Part shown: piece after piece, positions 53,001 through 64,000 of the stretch
Layout of the letters: every line of letters starts with the position of its first letter
Numbering within the stretch: the stretch's first letter is position 1
The notes under the pieces: generated by a model
What the model saw: only the letters and a program-made list of their open reading frames with translations
Databases searched by the model: none
Told to the model about the DNA's origin: nothing
Source of the DNA: Klebsormidium nitens
Taxonomy: Eukaryota; Plantae; Klebsormidiophyceae
Direction: 5' to 3'
Assembly (NCBI GenBank): GCA_000708835.1
Contig: DF237324.1
Location: 9,309-73,308 of the forward strand
Length of the DNA stretch: 64,000 bases
Position numbers and translations under genes: made by a program

Positions 53001-53971
53001 TCATAGGAGAGTCTGCTGAGTGCGATGAAAGGACCCGACGAGAGGAAACACCATAAGAGGTCCTCTTATACATTTGTCCACAATCGATTCAACTTAAGTG
53101 ATAGAGTGAACAACTTGTTGATACTTCGTCATGAAGATGCAGAATGTTCCCAAAGGGCAAAGGTTTCCAGAAAGCAAAAGCATCATCGCTTGCGAATGCT
53201 GCAGCTCCTCCGCTGTCGTCTTGATCATGGAGACACAACCATTAGTCCAGATTGTCCAGATATCCACTAGAAGACACGGTGATGTAAGGAAAGCTGCAAA
53301 TGGCTGAAGCAGGGCACACATTCAAGGTAGTACACTCTCCCCACCTGTTTGGCAAAGCTTCGCGACATGCAAACGTAGCGGATGGCGCAAATCGTGGCTG
53401 GGGAGTCCTCAAGCTTGAGGCCAAGAAGGGTCTGGAAGACCCCGCATAACGCCTTTTTATCCTTGATCAGTCTACATAACTGCACAAAAAAGGGGAAATG
53501 ATATCAGGGACACGTGTAGGGGAGTATGCGTTTCCCTTTCGAAAGAATCTGCAACTTCACTGGAGCGCCCTTGACCTTTTGCTTCCAGGCAGTTACTCCC
53601 GATCAGAACTGCCCCTCTTGAACTTGTGCGTTTCTACGCAAGTTGGACTGCAACGCTTTCACCAAAGCAACAGCAACCAATGCAGAACGTCAATGAGTCT
53701 GTTTCAATTGAAGAGCTGAAGCGATCACTGAGAGAGAACAAAGCCTATCACATGATGTTTCTAGAAGAACAGAGTCGCCGCACCTTCTTGTACGGCTTCG
53801 TAGGCTTCAATTGCAGCTGCTGCTCAATTGACGAGAGGGGCTTGTCGGCAACGACCTCATCGGTGACTGAAACAAACAAATCCGCAGCCTTGGCGAACTT
53901 CTTCTCTCCAACCGCTTGGAGGAAACTGTTCACGAACTTGGACTTGCCCTCCGCCTGTTTCAGAAAGCACC
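50037..53971 (-). pseudogene. Large helical protein with C-terminal MYND zinc finger; one in-frame TAG at 51912-51910 (pseudogene, read-through or sequence error); 5' end uncertain
   Basis: Exons 53971-53784, 53479-53345, 52938-51022, 50567-50475, 50090-50037. MYND: CSRLAC...CSACHGAQYCSRECQ|KVDWKTHKAECKK. The 1917-nt exon is open except for the single TAG. Confidence 0.7.
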
Positions 53972-54969
53972 CTGACCGTAAGTGGTTGTTATGTTTGTCA
54001 AACTTTGCTGAGCTGCTCACTGCCCTTTCATAACCTGAATCATCACATCTAGAGGGTTGACATTGATCTATCTGAGTTCTCAGATGTATTCAAATGGCAG
54101 CAAGGGCAGTAATTTTCTAGCTGGGATGTGTAGTGAAAATTGCTTCCCAGTTGCCTGGACTGAACATCAAATGCTCCAGCTAACACATGGCCCAGTTATC
54201 AGTGTCTCATGGCTTCCTGTTGATTCCTCAATTATGCATCCTCAGCGTTGCATCTTGTAATGCAGACTCCAAATTGCAAAGCGCCTTCACGAAGTAGGGA
54301 GCAGCACTCACCATCTTGCACAGGAAGTCGCTCTCCTCGCAGGCAACCAGAAGCCAGAAACAAACACAATCTGACGCACTAAGCGTCTGATCCAAACGGA
54401 GTATTCTGTCAGCAGTGCTTCATGCGCAAGGTCCAGGGCCCACTCGCTCTATATTGAGATGACGCAGCACGCCCTGCACGCCCGAGCTCGCCTAGCCGCA
54501 GCATTTGGGGCGCTTTGCCTATCGAACAACCTTACAGCTACCGTACAACAACAACTGCAAGCTCGAGTGTTGTCCAGACAGTGTTTTAGAGACGTTGGTC
54601 AGCTCTGCAGCTCTAGACGTCAGTCTGTTTCGGCTGGCAGAAGCTGCGTGGTCCCCCTGCTCCTGTTGATGTCAGGTCAGCAAGTCGTCAGCATCAACAA
54701 ATCAAGAACTGCCATGTCAGCAAAAGAGACCACTTCTGGTGACGTGGCTGGGCATGGGCATGGTCATGTCTGCTGCAGCACCAGCACAGTGCTCAACCAC
54801 CCAAACAAAAGGAAGGGGGAGCTCAACTGAGCGCAGAAGGGGTTCCCAACTCGGAGGAGGAGCACTATAGTGGCAAGCAGCTCATTCACTTACAATCTTA
54901 TATAAAGTTGGTGTTCGCCAAGCAAACTTGAGGTCAATCAAATTCGTTTGCGGCAGCCCCTGAAACGTC

Positions 54970-57241
54970 ATGGTGAAGCAGCAGCAGCAGCAGCTGGAGC
55001 TCCTTTTGGCTGCAGTGACAGAGAAGTCGGCTGAAATACGGCGTACACACCCTGGAGGGTTTTTCCCTGAGCTTGACGTTGTCTCAGAGGTGCTCTTGCT
55101 CACCGTGGGATGGGCGCTTCTGTTCATTGTTCTGCGCTTCTTCGTATTCTCAAAGTTGTCGTACGATTTTAACAATCGCCTAGTGTCAGTCATCCACTGC
55201 CTGGTAGTCTTTCCCCTCGCATTACAGACTCTGAATTGGAGCGATCCTCTTGGTAACGTCGGGGGCATCAGCACCAATAAAGAGGTATGTAAGCGCCTGG
55301 CCATGTAGCCCCGATTGATCTGATGCTGTTCTGTTGTACATCTATCCAACTTTGAAGAAGGGTGCTGAGACTCAGGTGGTATGGTTAGAGGAGACAAGGG
55401 AAGGGACTCCAGCATGCCTAACCTGACTTGTTGGACTTGGAACATGTGAATTGCACTTGATTGTGCTGTATGCAAGGAGTGCCAATTTACTTCAACTCCC
55501 TGAGCAACCTATAGCACTGTCCACCTCACGTCAAATCGTTCTGCCAGAATCTCTCTGCTCAAGTCTTCTGTTGTACTTTTACCAGCGTGCTGTATCTGAC
55601 ATTGTTTCTCTGTCCAGGGCCGGATCCTTGAAATCAGCTCTGCCTACTTTATCTATGACCTCATTGGCTGCACATTGGATGCGAGCACGCGGGACATTTC
55701 CATGTCAGTACACCATATCGTCTCCTTGTTAGGCATGGGTTGGGGCCTCTTCTCGCACACGGTGAGCCGGAGCAATATTGTCAGGCCTGTCATCAGGTAC
55801 TGTGGTGCATCGGGTCGGTGGCAGGAAGGGCCTCATAGATCAGGTCTCTCACTTTATCCCCTTGTGGAAGGGAGAATTCAAAGCTACAGCTTTGAGCATG
55901 AGGAAAAAGCTCCCTTATCATCACTCATTGTATGTGTTGTAGAGTAAATGTTGAAGGTCTCAATTGTCTTTGTGAATGACAGTATATGTTGAAGAGCGGC
56001 TTCTCAACCAGAGGACTTTCTTGACATTTTCCCACACATTAAGAACTGATTTCGATGTTGTTGCAGGATGGGAATGAGCTGGTGGTTTGCTTGGCTCTTG
56101 TCGAGATTTCGAATCCCTGTATGCACACCAGGGAGTTCATTAAGGAGTTTGGCCTGACAGGGACAGCGGTCGAGATGGCCAACAACGTGAGTCCAGCTTA
56201 CTACAAATACCTTAAAGCATGCTCCTTCCCAAGTTGACCGACATTGTGAACGTTCAAGATTGTCAACTTTCTCAAGCTTTGGTCTCCTGGGGGAAGTTCA
56301 GAGATGCACTTGAGCTGGACTCAAGTCTGCTGGACTCAGGAGTGTCGAATCGGCTTTTTATTGCGAGGCCTCAAAAAGGAGCGCCAGGGCTTCTCATCTT
56401 AAAAACAGTTTTGGTTGAACTAAGGTGTACCGTGTTCTATGGGACTCTTTTACCGGGATCCTCTGATCGGTCTGTCTCTGTTTGCTGCAGCTCCTGTTTG
56501 CTGCTACCTTCACAGTCGCGCGCGTGGTCTTTGGGCCTATCCTAACATACAAAACGATAGCCTCCACCAAGCCACCCCTCCCAATCAAGGTGAGTGCTCG
56601 TCCTGTGCTGTACTGCCGGTGGCAGCGTAACTTCCGGAAAGTTTAGTTGTGAGCGAAGTGGAAGACGACTCAAGGAGGAAGTATCTGGGTTGGATTTCTA
56701 GCATCAAAGGATGTCACTTTCCTTTTTGTCCTTTTTGTTCCACCTTCTTGTGCCATGATAGAACTGGACTGGTCCGAATCCGCTGTTGGCTTGCATCTGA
56801 GGTAGATTAAATAGGCCCAAAACGTGCGGATACATTGGGATGCAATCCGTTCGAGCTAGGCTTTTGGTCCTGCCCTTGGACTGGCCTTAAAGTTGGCCTT
56901 AGTGCTATTTCTTAATTGCCCCTAAATGAGAGTGCTCGAGGCCCTCGAGACTGGCGGTTTCGTCCTCAAATATCGACCTTGGTTGCTTATAGCTACAGCG
57001 AATCGTTCGTCATGCAAAGTCGTCTTTTGGAAGGTCCTGGGAGGTCCGTCGTTCCAGCGTCTGTAGCGAACTTTGGCATGGGATGCGACGGGTCTAGCAT
57101 GTTCGATAAGGTGACAATTTCTTTATGCAGATCGGTGCAGGAGCCCTCCAGGTTGTCAGCACATACTGGTGGTATCTGGTCGCCAGGATGGTGTATTACA
57201 AAGTCGTCAAAGGACGGGGTCGCAAAGCTAAGAAGACCTGA
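54970..57241 (+). CDS. TLC (TRAM/LAG1/CLN8) domain membrane protein, TMEM136/TLCD5-like, 5 exons, ~262 aa
   Basis: Exons 54970-55284, 55618-55761, 56067-56186, 56491-56589, 57131-57241, all phase 0. Motifs NRLVSVIH, SAYFIYDL, VHH, EISNPCMHTRE, FTVARVVFGP, LQVVSTYW, basic C-terminal tail. Confidence 0.9.
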
Positions 57242-57852
57242 TATGAAAGAGTATATATCTAGGTTACTTGGTTAGCCCCACATTACTGGAAAGTAATGTT
57301 AAGGCCCCCAATTGACCATGTGTGTGATTATGCTTATTGAAGAGTTGGGAAATGGTAAATCCAATTAGAAGCAGGTTTCCGAAGTGCCAAAGTCTAAAGG
57401 TGCGATTCTTTCATCTGTGTGCATCTGCCCTGATGAGCACAGGCCACTGTCTCACGACGGTGTCACTTGGATTGTCTGAAGGTCATGAAGTTCGCAATGA
57501 AATTATGAGGTTAATTACTATTAGCGTGGCATCTTGTCACTGTTACCCAGCGAATGCAAAAATTGACAAACATCTATCATCTGAGCGCAACCGTCTCCAC
57601 ATATATGGACGGTTATATATATTGATCTTTTGGCGAGCCTGCATACTTTGTTCATCTGTGCCCGTTAAGACGTGCAGAGCTCATAGCAAACAGGAAAACC
57701 GTCGACTAATTAAGCCTGTCATGGCTCCGAAACGATATGTTAATCAAACATTCACAACTACAATCACATAGTATGAACCTTATACTAACATGTCTAGCGA
57801 GCATATCAAGGTACGTGGTGCAATCAAGGAGACTATAGTAGTGCCAGCAATG

Positions 57853-57890
57853 GTAACCGCATAATATAACCGGTTATATTATGCGGTTAC
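57853..57890. repeat. Perfect 38-bp palindrome
   Basis: gtaaccgcataatataacc|ggttatattatgcggttac equals its own reverse complement. Confidence 0.97.
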
Positions 57891-58806
57891 TCCAGCTGGC
57901 CGGTGCCAAGCGATGGAAAGCGGCATGAAGCAGGCCCAACCTCCCGGCCATACCGGCTACTAAAATGACTAATATTTAATCGTCGTTATCAATCTTGAAC
58001 TTATATCGAACATATGCTTAACGCGCTCTTCGAATTCACAAGTGGGACATGGTTAGTGCACGCCCAGGCGCACAGCAGCTAACCACCGTTAACTTTACAC
58101 TGCCTTTATATCATCGATACAAAACTGTATCTGTACGGTAAACGTACGGCCGCATTCATGCCATGGGCGCCACGATTAAGTAGTTGATATAGAAGCTTCC
58201 ACGACGACCATGCATGCGTGAGGCTAAATTCTCTAGCTAGAAATCTTGAATCTCTTTACCAGGCGGGCTCACTGAGTCACTCAATCATCGTACACACACC
58301 TAGCATACTATTGACCTCCGAAGTTGCATAAGCATGAGCCAATAGCTTACAATATTGCCACCGGTGGTCTGATCGGCCCGTGCTCAACGACCGTTACTCA
58401 CTGTCTGCAAGCAGCTGTTACTGGCCGAGGTAGTCATTGCAACAGGGTTTGACATACTCTTGTGGACCTTGTGCATGCAGGTGCGCACTTAATGCGATTA
58501 TAAGGGACAAAGTTGCGGGCGGCCCGTTCGTTGCATACTCGTTAACGCATTTCGATGAAAAAGACGCTTTGGCTCATCCGTGTTGATTGTGATTTCACCC
58601 TCATGATCTCTGTCAGTTCTGGATCTTTGCTAACATCTACATATTTATGGTGTATTTATGGTTGCTCAGAGCATCTGACACCCATCGCCAGCTTTTTAGC
58701 TTTTCTTGGCTGGGTTTCATCAGTAACGACAATCCTGACCACGGGTTTGACTGGGCCTGCTGCCGTTGGAGGGGTTAAAGTGCATAGATTGACTGGTGTC
58801 CGGCGC

Positions 58807-61800
58807 TTATTTCTTGGTGAGAGCGGCGACGTATACCCAAATGGAGCATACGAAGGAGACGTCGTACGGTTTGACGTACCTGCACGATTGCGGTTCAAAG
58901 CCTTTTACTTTTGAGCAGGCAGAATCTTCCAGATTTATGTTACGTTCCTGATTCGACTACCTGGGCGGTTCGATCTGTCACTCTCTTCCGAGATTTCCGA
59001 GTTTGCATTTCAAACGGAAGCTCGCATCTGGCCAAGCCTTGGAAATGCCGCAGACGATGTTACAATACAACCAATCGCTTGTTGTCGATTTGTTCTGAGC
59101 TAGGAAGCGCTGAAGTGCCAATAAAATTCTGAGCCAATGACCACGTCGTTGAATGAGGGAAACAAATCAGCTCAGAGAAGGACGACCGGCTCCACAACGT
59201 CGTCAAAAGTCGACAGGAGAACATTAATCGAAGACAGTTGTGACGGGAGTCGGAGCAATTTGCGAAATTAGGAGGTTAGTTTTGGGTTTGAATCTGAGCA
59301 CTTCGTCAATTAGCTGGCGGCGTCGGCAACCCGGAACATCAATCTCTTGCACCTTTCGCAGAGGACGCAAGACGTGTTCGCCCCAGTGCTTGGCGCTCCC
59401 AAAGCGGATTAAAAACGTATCAGAAAGCATTTCTCGAGAGTCACTTTGATAGGCTGTACTCTTGGGCCTCGGACTTACGACTTTGAATAGAATTCTTGGA
59501 AATTTTCTCTGCCGTCTTGATCACGTTCTTGAAACGCAACATCTCCCTCCAGTTCGGCGATGACAACGCCTCTCAGACGCTTCAAAAGAAAACATCGACG
59601 CGTGCCCACTCACGTCGCGACCGCAAACTCGACGTCCTTGTGGTACTTGTGCTGGATGTGCGTACTCAGAACCGCGTCCGTAACCGCGGACCCGTCCGTA
59701 AACGGCAGGTTCAGCGGGAAGCCCACGATGTCGTAATTCTTGAGCACGGGCGCGAGCATCGCATAATTGTCCGCGGCCGCGACCGCGTACCGCCGCGCGG
59801 CCGCGCCGGCCGCGGAGCGCGGGTCGTCCGGGTCGAGGATGACGTCAGGCGGCTGCGGCAGTGGCGCGGAGAGCGCGTCGTGCTCAAGGTCGCGCAGGAG
59901 CTCCTTGAGAATGCGCGAGCACCTGCGCGCGCGGTTAGGAGGGTAAGTTATGAGTGAACCTTTGGTGGTTTAGGAGTGTAGATGAGTAGGAAGGTAAATA
60001 GATTGCTAGGACATCTTCCTCGTTCGTGACGGTTGGGCTGGCCCCTTCAAAATGGTCTGCGCAGGACTCGTTGACAACCTGTTGTAGCGCCCACCGATTG
60101 ACCTTGCTCCCCTCTTTGGATCGATCACGTCTCCTCGTCTCAGAGGTCAATTGAGTTCCTAAGGTTGTGAGCTTCCAACAAGTTCTAGCATCTCACCTTC
60201 TGTTGAAGTGCGTGTACACGAGTTTCCTGGCCGCGGTGATTGCGTCCATAACCTCCCGCTCCAGGCACGCCTCCAGCTCCTTGTAAAAGTCGCCGGGCAA
60301 ACTCACGTACTGAACCGGGACCTGAGGTAAGGCGTTAATGGAAAGGGTTAGGTTTCGCGTCGACCGAAATGGCTGAGCGCTCATCTCCGGTCCTCCGGAC
60401 CAATGAGAACGCTTCAATCGATCACGTGGCATGAGAAGTACAGACCTGGTACAGACGTTTGCTAGAGAGGCAGTGTACTAAGCTGTACGCGGAGCGGAGA
60501 TGCAAAGCTTGTGAGCCTGGCAGTTTTCGCTCGACGCGGAACCTTAGGCACCAGACTCTCCGGTCGGTTGGTCCTTCTGGGGCAGTCGACTTCGAGAAGG
60601 GGCAGCGTGGTGCAACGGAAGGTAGAAAGCGGTCGACGGACCTCGCTTTCTGTTCTAGCGATGCGACAAAACCTCTATCAAAAGCTAGAGGAAGTCGTGG
60701 GGACGAGTATGACGTCAGCGACAAGCAGCCGCCTCAAACCTCTTGATTCGTCCCGAAGTGGCGCGCTCCCGCATTCACGGACATCGCACCGAGCGAAAAA
60801 ACACGTAGCGCCGAGAGTCCTCCGGAATATGCCGTCGCCGGTCCACACTGACAAAAACGCTCGCGTTCTCCAATCTGGCTATACTTTCAGGTCTATAGGT
60901 GTTCTTGCTATGAAAATCATTTCCCGAGTCGTACCTGGACGCTTCCGAGGTCCCTGTGCGGGAAGGCCTTGTCGGCGAAGAAGGGCCGCCAGCAGCGCGG
61001 GTCGTTGAGGCGCCAACTGATCTCCCACGGGGCCCCCACCGGCTGGACGTTGGCCCAGATGTTGTGCTCGTTGAACACGACGCCCACCTGACGCAGGAAT
61101 GACGTCACGATCGACGGCAGCCTTGGAAAACCCAAATACAGATGTGGCTCGGACACGATCATGATAGCGAAGAAAGGAAGGGAGCACGGGTGCAGGTCAT
61201 CTTGTTGGCCGTCTTACTTGTGAAGGATTTCTGCTGCGGATCTGTGAAAGATACGAATTTATAGGCACGAGGCATCTGCTTTCGCGTTTCTTCACGGAGA
61301 ATAATTGGATAAGGATGCAGAAAAGACGCTCGGTGCTTAAAGACCTCTGAGAATAAACTACAAGGAACTGCGACCAGCGATCCTGAAAGTCATAGAACTT
61401 CAAGAGCCCGTTATTTTTTATCTTCCATCCTGGGAGTCTTGGAAGCAACCGCTTGAACCAGTCCTCGTTCTCGATTGAACCCTTCACCGAAAGCACAAAA
61501 TTGAGGTTTAAAACCCTGACATTTTTGAAGACCAAAACCCCAAAACCCTCACCTGGCGCAGCTCGCAGCTCGCGTCCTCCGCGGCGTACACGCGCCCCGT
61601 GCTCGCATTCCAAACCCTAGTGACGTCATGCGCGTCGCCGGCCGCGCCGTCGCCCGCGATCGTTACCACGCACGCGGCCTCGGCGTCCCGCGTGCCCACT
61701 CCCAGCGCAACATACGCCGGCCAGCCGGAGTGCAGAAAGTAATTGCACAACGTCAGCGCGTGCTCCTCCGAGTCGCCCGCGCACAACGACAGGAAATCGC

Positions 61801-63830
61801 GGCACGTCATCCACACGTCCTGCGCAAGCGAAGGGTTCGGAGAATCGTTCAGGACGCCTGAATTTCTACAACTTAGGGGCAGAGCCTGTGTTCCAAAGAG
61901 ATTGATTCTGCTTCAAATACTATAAGAAGCTTTTGTCGAAGCCGGGAACCTGGAAAGCGCGTTCTGATCCGGGTAAGCCGTGCAGCGCGGCTGAGCTCTG
62001 CACCCACGTAAAGCATACGCGTACCTCGCGCCAAACTCGCCGCTTGTGTTCAATTCCAACGGACCCTTCTACGAATTCGATCCAAAGATCTCTTCGTCGC
62101 ATTCTTATCTCCCAGGTATTTGAACCTTGGCTTCGCAATGCGCGCATGCTATATCGACCATTTCAACTTTCCTTGTTAGTTTTTAGAAACATACCCTAAT
62201 CAAGGGTTTTACCATTAAAGGAGGGGCATGGGTTAAGGCAGACCCTTGAACTACCTTCCTTGGACCAATCTGGTAGGAAAGCGATAGCTTCGCAAAGAGC
62301 GCCTGATGTCGGGAGTATTTAACGTGCCCAAAAACAAGAATCTCACACGCTCCCACAACTTAATCAAAGCAACTCACCGCCCCCGCGCTCTGGAACGCCG
62401 CCCAATCCTCGACAAACGGCACCATCGACACAAACCGCAGCAGGCGTCGCATGGCGACGTCTTTGGACCCGGGCCCTGCCGGGTCGTCGTCGAGGAGCGC
62501 GGGCGGCGGCGCGAGCGGGCTCACGAAGCGCGGCAGAAAGATCGCGGCGCCCTCGTGATCGGTCGCGAGCGCCTAAAAGAAGGGTTTAAGAGGTTATCTC
62601 CCTTGGTTTTCTGCTTAGTCAGTAAAAGTGGGCTCGGTAAGCGCGGTAAACCGATCGCGGCGCCCTCGTGATCGGCCGCGAACACCTGAACAAAGGGCTT
62701 AGGGAATCTAGGGATATGGGCTTTGCGAAACCTAGAAATTGCGGCGGCGCGAGCGGGCTCACGAAGAAAGATCGCGGCGCCTTCATAGTCGGTCGCGAGC
62801 GCCTGAATCAAAGAGGTTGGAAGTTTTGATTATTGTGAGGCGTACGTCTTGGCTTCAGAAATGCGGCGCGACTGAGAGCGGGCTGAGGAAGCGCGGCATA
62901 TCGCTGGGGCCCCCTCTCGGTTGGTCGTGAGCGGCTGAAAGGGGAAAATTCAAGAGATAAGAGGTTCTCGAGTAAGTGTGAAAGATTCGCTCTTCAAAAG
63001 CGGCTCGCAGAGCGCGGCGCATTCGCACTCGGTCGCCAGCGTTTGGACACGGGTTCTGAGTATTAACGTTGAGGGTTTCAATAAACCATCGCTTTTCTGG
63101 CGACTTTGTACTCAGATGTGGGGTGAAAGCCGCTCCTCGAAAGTAGTTTCACTGAAATGCGGCGCCCTCGTGCTTCATCTGGTTCTCCGTTCAGATTCTG
63201 TGATTTCGTGCGTTGAAAGGCGAAGAGTAGAAGTAAATGCACGCAAAAAACGTGACTGCAAGGAGGGCCAGGACGGGTCACGAAGTCAGGCAGAAAGATG
63301 GAGGCAATCTTATTGTCTTCCGAGGACCCAGAGAGAGGCCTGATAGTATGGGTTCAGAAGGGAGATGAGCGCAATGAGGCTGCTAGCCTCCCTCCTTGTC
63401 GCCTGCCGTCGCTGCACCTGAATTAGTAGTGCTTGTGGTCAAGGAAAAGAGAAGCTTCTGGTCTGGACGAGCACAGTAAAACCCAGGATGACAGTCGCTT
63501 CCATGAGACCCTAAGAAAGTGGAAGCGTTTTTACCCACTAGTGTGCGCTCGTTCCACTTCACCATCGCTGTGCGCCTTTAAACTAATTTGTTGAAGTGCG
63601 GAAAACAACCTGAGAAGCAGCAAATTTCTAAAATGGTCGCACCTTATTAAACAAGAAACTCCCTGGTATAAGCTTGTAGCCGGACCCTTCCGAGAATCAA
63701 GAAGGTTATCCGCTGACCCTACCTTGATAACCCGCCCTTTGCACACTGGCATGGCGAGCAGATCCCGCTGCCACACGTGAGCGTACCGCGCCAGGTCCTC
63801 TTCCTCGCCGCTCTGAACTTCCTCCGGAAC
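58807..63830 (-). CDS. CC2D2A: 3' part of coiled-coil and C2 domain-containing protein 2A (MKS6; ciliary transition zone); continues beyond the right edge
   Basis: Exons 63830-63723, 62572-62378, 61819-61553, 61087-60935, 60321-60197, 59922-59614, 58879-58807, phase-compatible. Motifs RFVSMVPFVED, DVWMTCRDFLSLCAGDSEEHALTLCNYF, VWNASTG, NIWANVQ, GFPLNLPF, VEFAVATYVKPY...SIWVYVAAL* match the CC2D2A C-terminus. Confidence 0.92.
62530..63190 (-). repeat. Serial decaying copies of the CC2D2A exon-62572 acceptor + exon start
   Basis: Plus-strand unit atcgcggcgccctcgtgatcggtcgcgagcgc|ct with acceptor (CT) at 62573 (functional), 62686, 62803, 62935; further decayed copies near 63015-63045 and 63160. 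Confidence 0.9.
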
Positions 63831-64000
63831 CTGCGGAACCGGAACCGGCAGTCTGGGTTTACTTGAAGTTGCGCCTGATGCTTTTTCAAGTCTTCAAAAG
63901 ATGTTCCGTATTTGAGCGGATCTAAAACAGTGACTTGGCTGGCGGCGCAAGTTTCTTAATCAAGAATTCTTTACGCGGCTGAGATTGGGCTGCTCAAGGA

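Noticed and set aside
54979-54993. (CAG)5 poly-Q at the TLC protein N-terminus
   Set aside because: Short ordinary microsatellite with no further signal.

Overview
Eukaryotic nuclear DNA with GT-AG introns, CTAAC/CTGAC-type branch points, GC-rich exons and two N gaps. Land-plant-type genes (CAMTA, WD40-type ATG16, root-cap-domain protein) sit beside a ciliary transition-zone gene (CC2D2A), which suggests a flagellate streptophyte alga such as Klebsormidium (inference, not proven). Hand-spliced gene models in order: 5' part of a SWIM + CxC + KDZ-type transposase-like gene (-), ATG16 (+), a secreted Cys-module/root-cap-domain protein (+), an unclassified P-loop NTPase (-), a putative mitochondrial NDUFAF4-like protein (+), a 66-aa single-TM protein (+), CAMTA (+), an orphan SAP-domain gene (-), CDC40/PRP17 (+), a large MYND-finger gene with one in-frame TAG (-), a TLC-domain membrane protein (+) and the 3' part of CC2D2A (-). 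The most unusual signal is non-coding. In five genes, introns carry serial ~100-130 bp tandem 'echoes' of the adjacent splice junction (acceptor + exon start, or exon end + donor) that decay with distance from the functional exon. No rRNA, tRNA or CRISPR array is supported.
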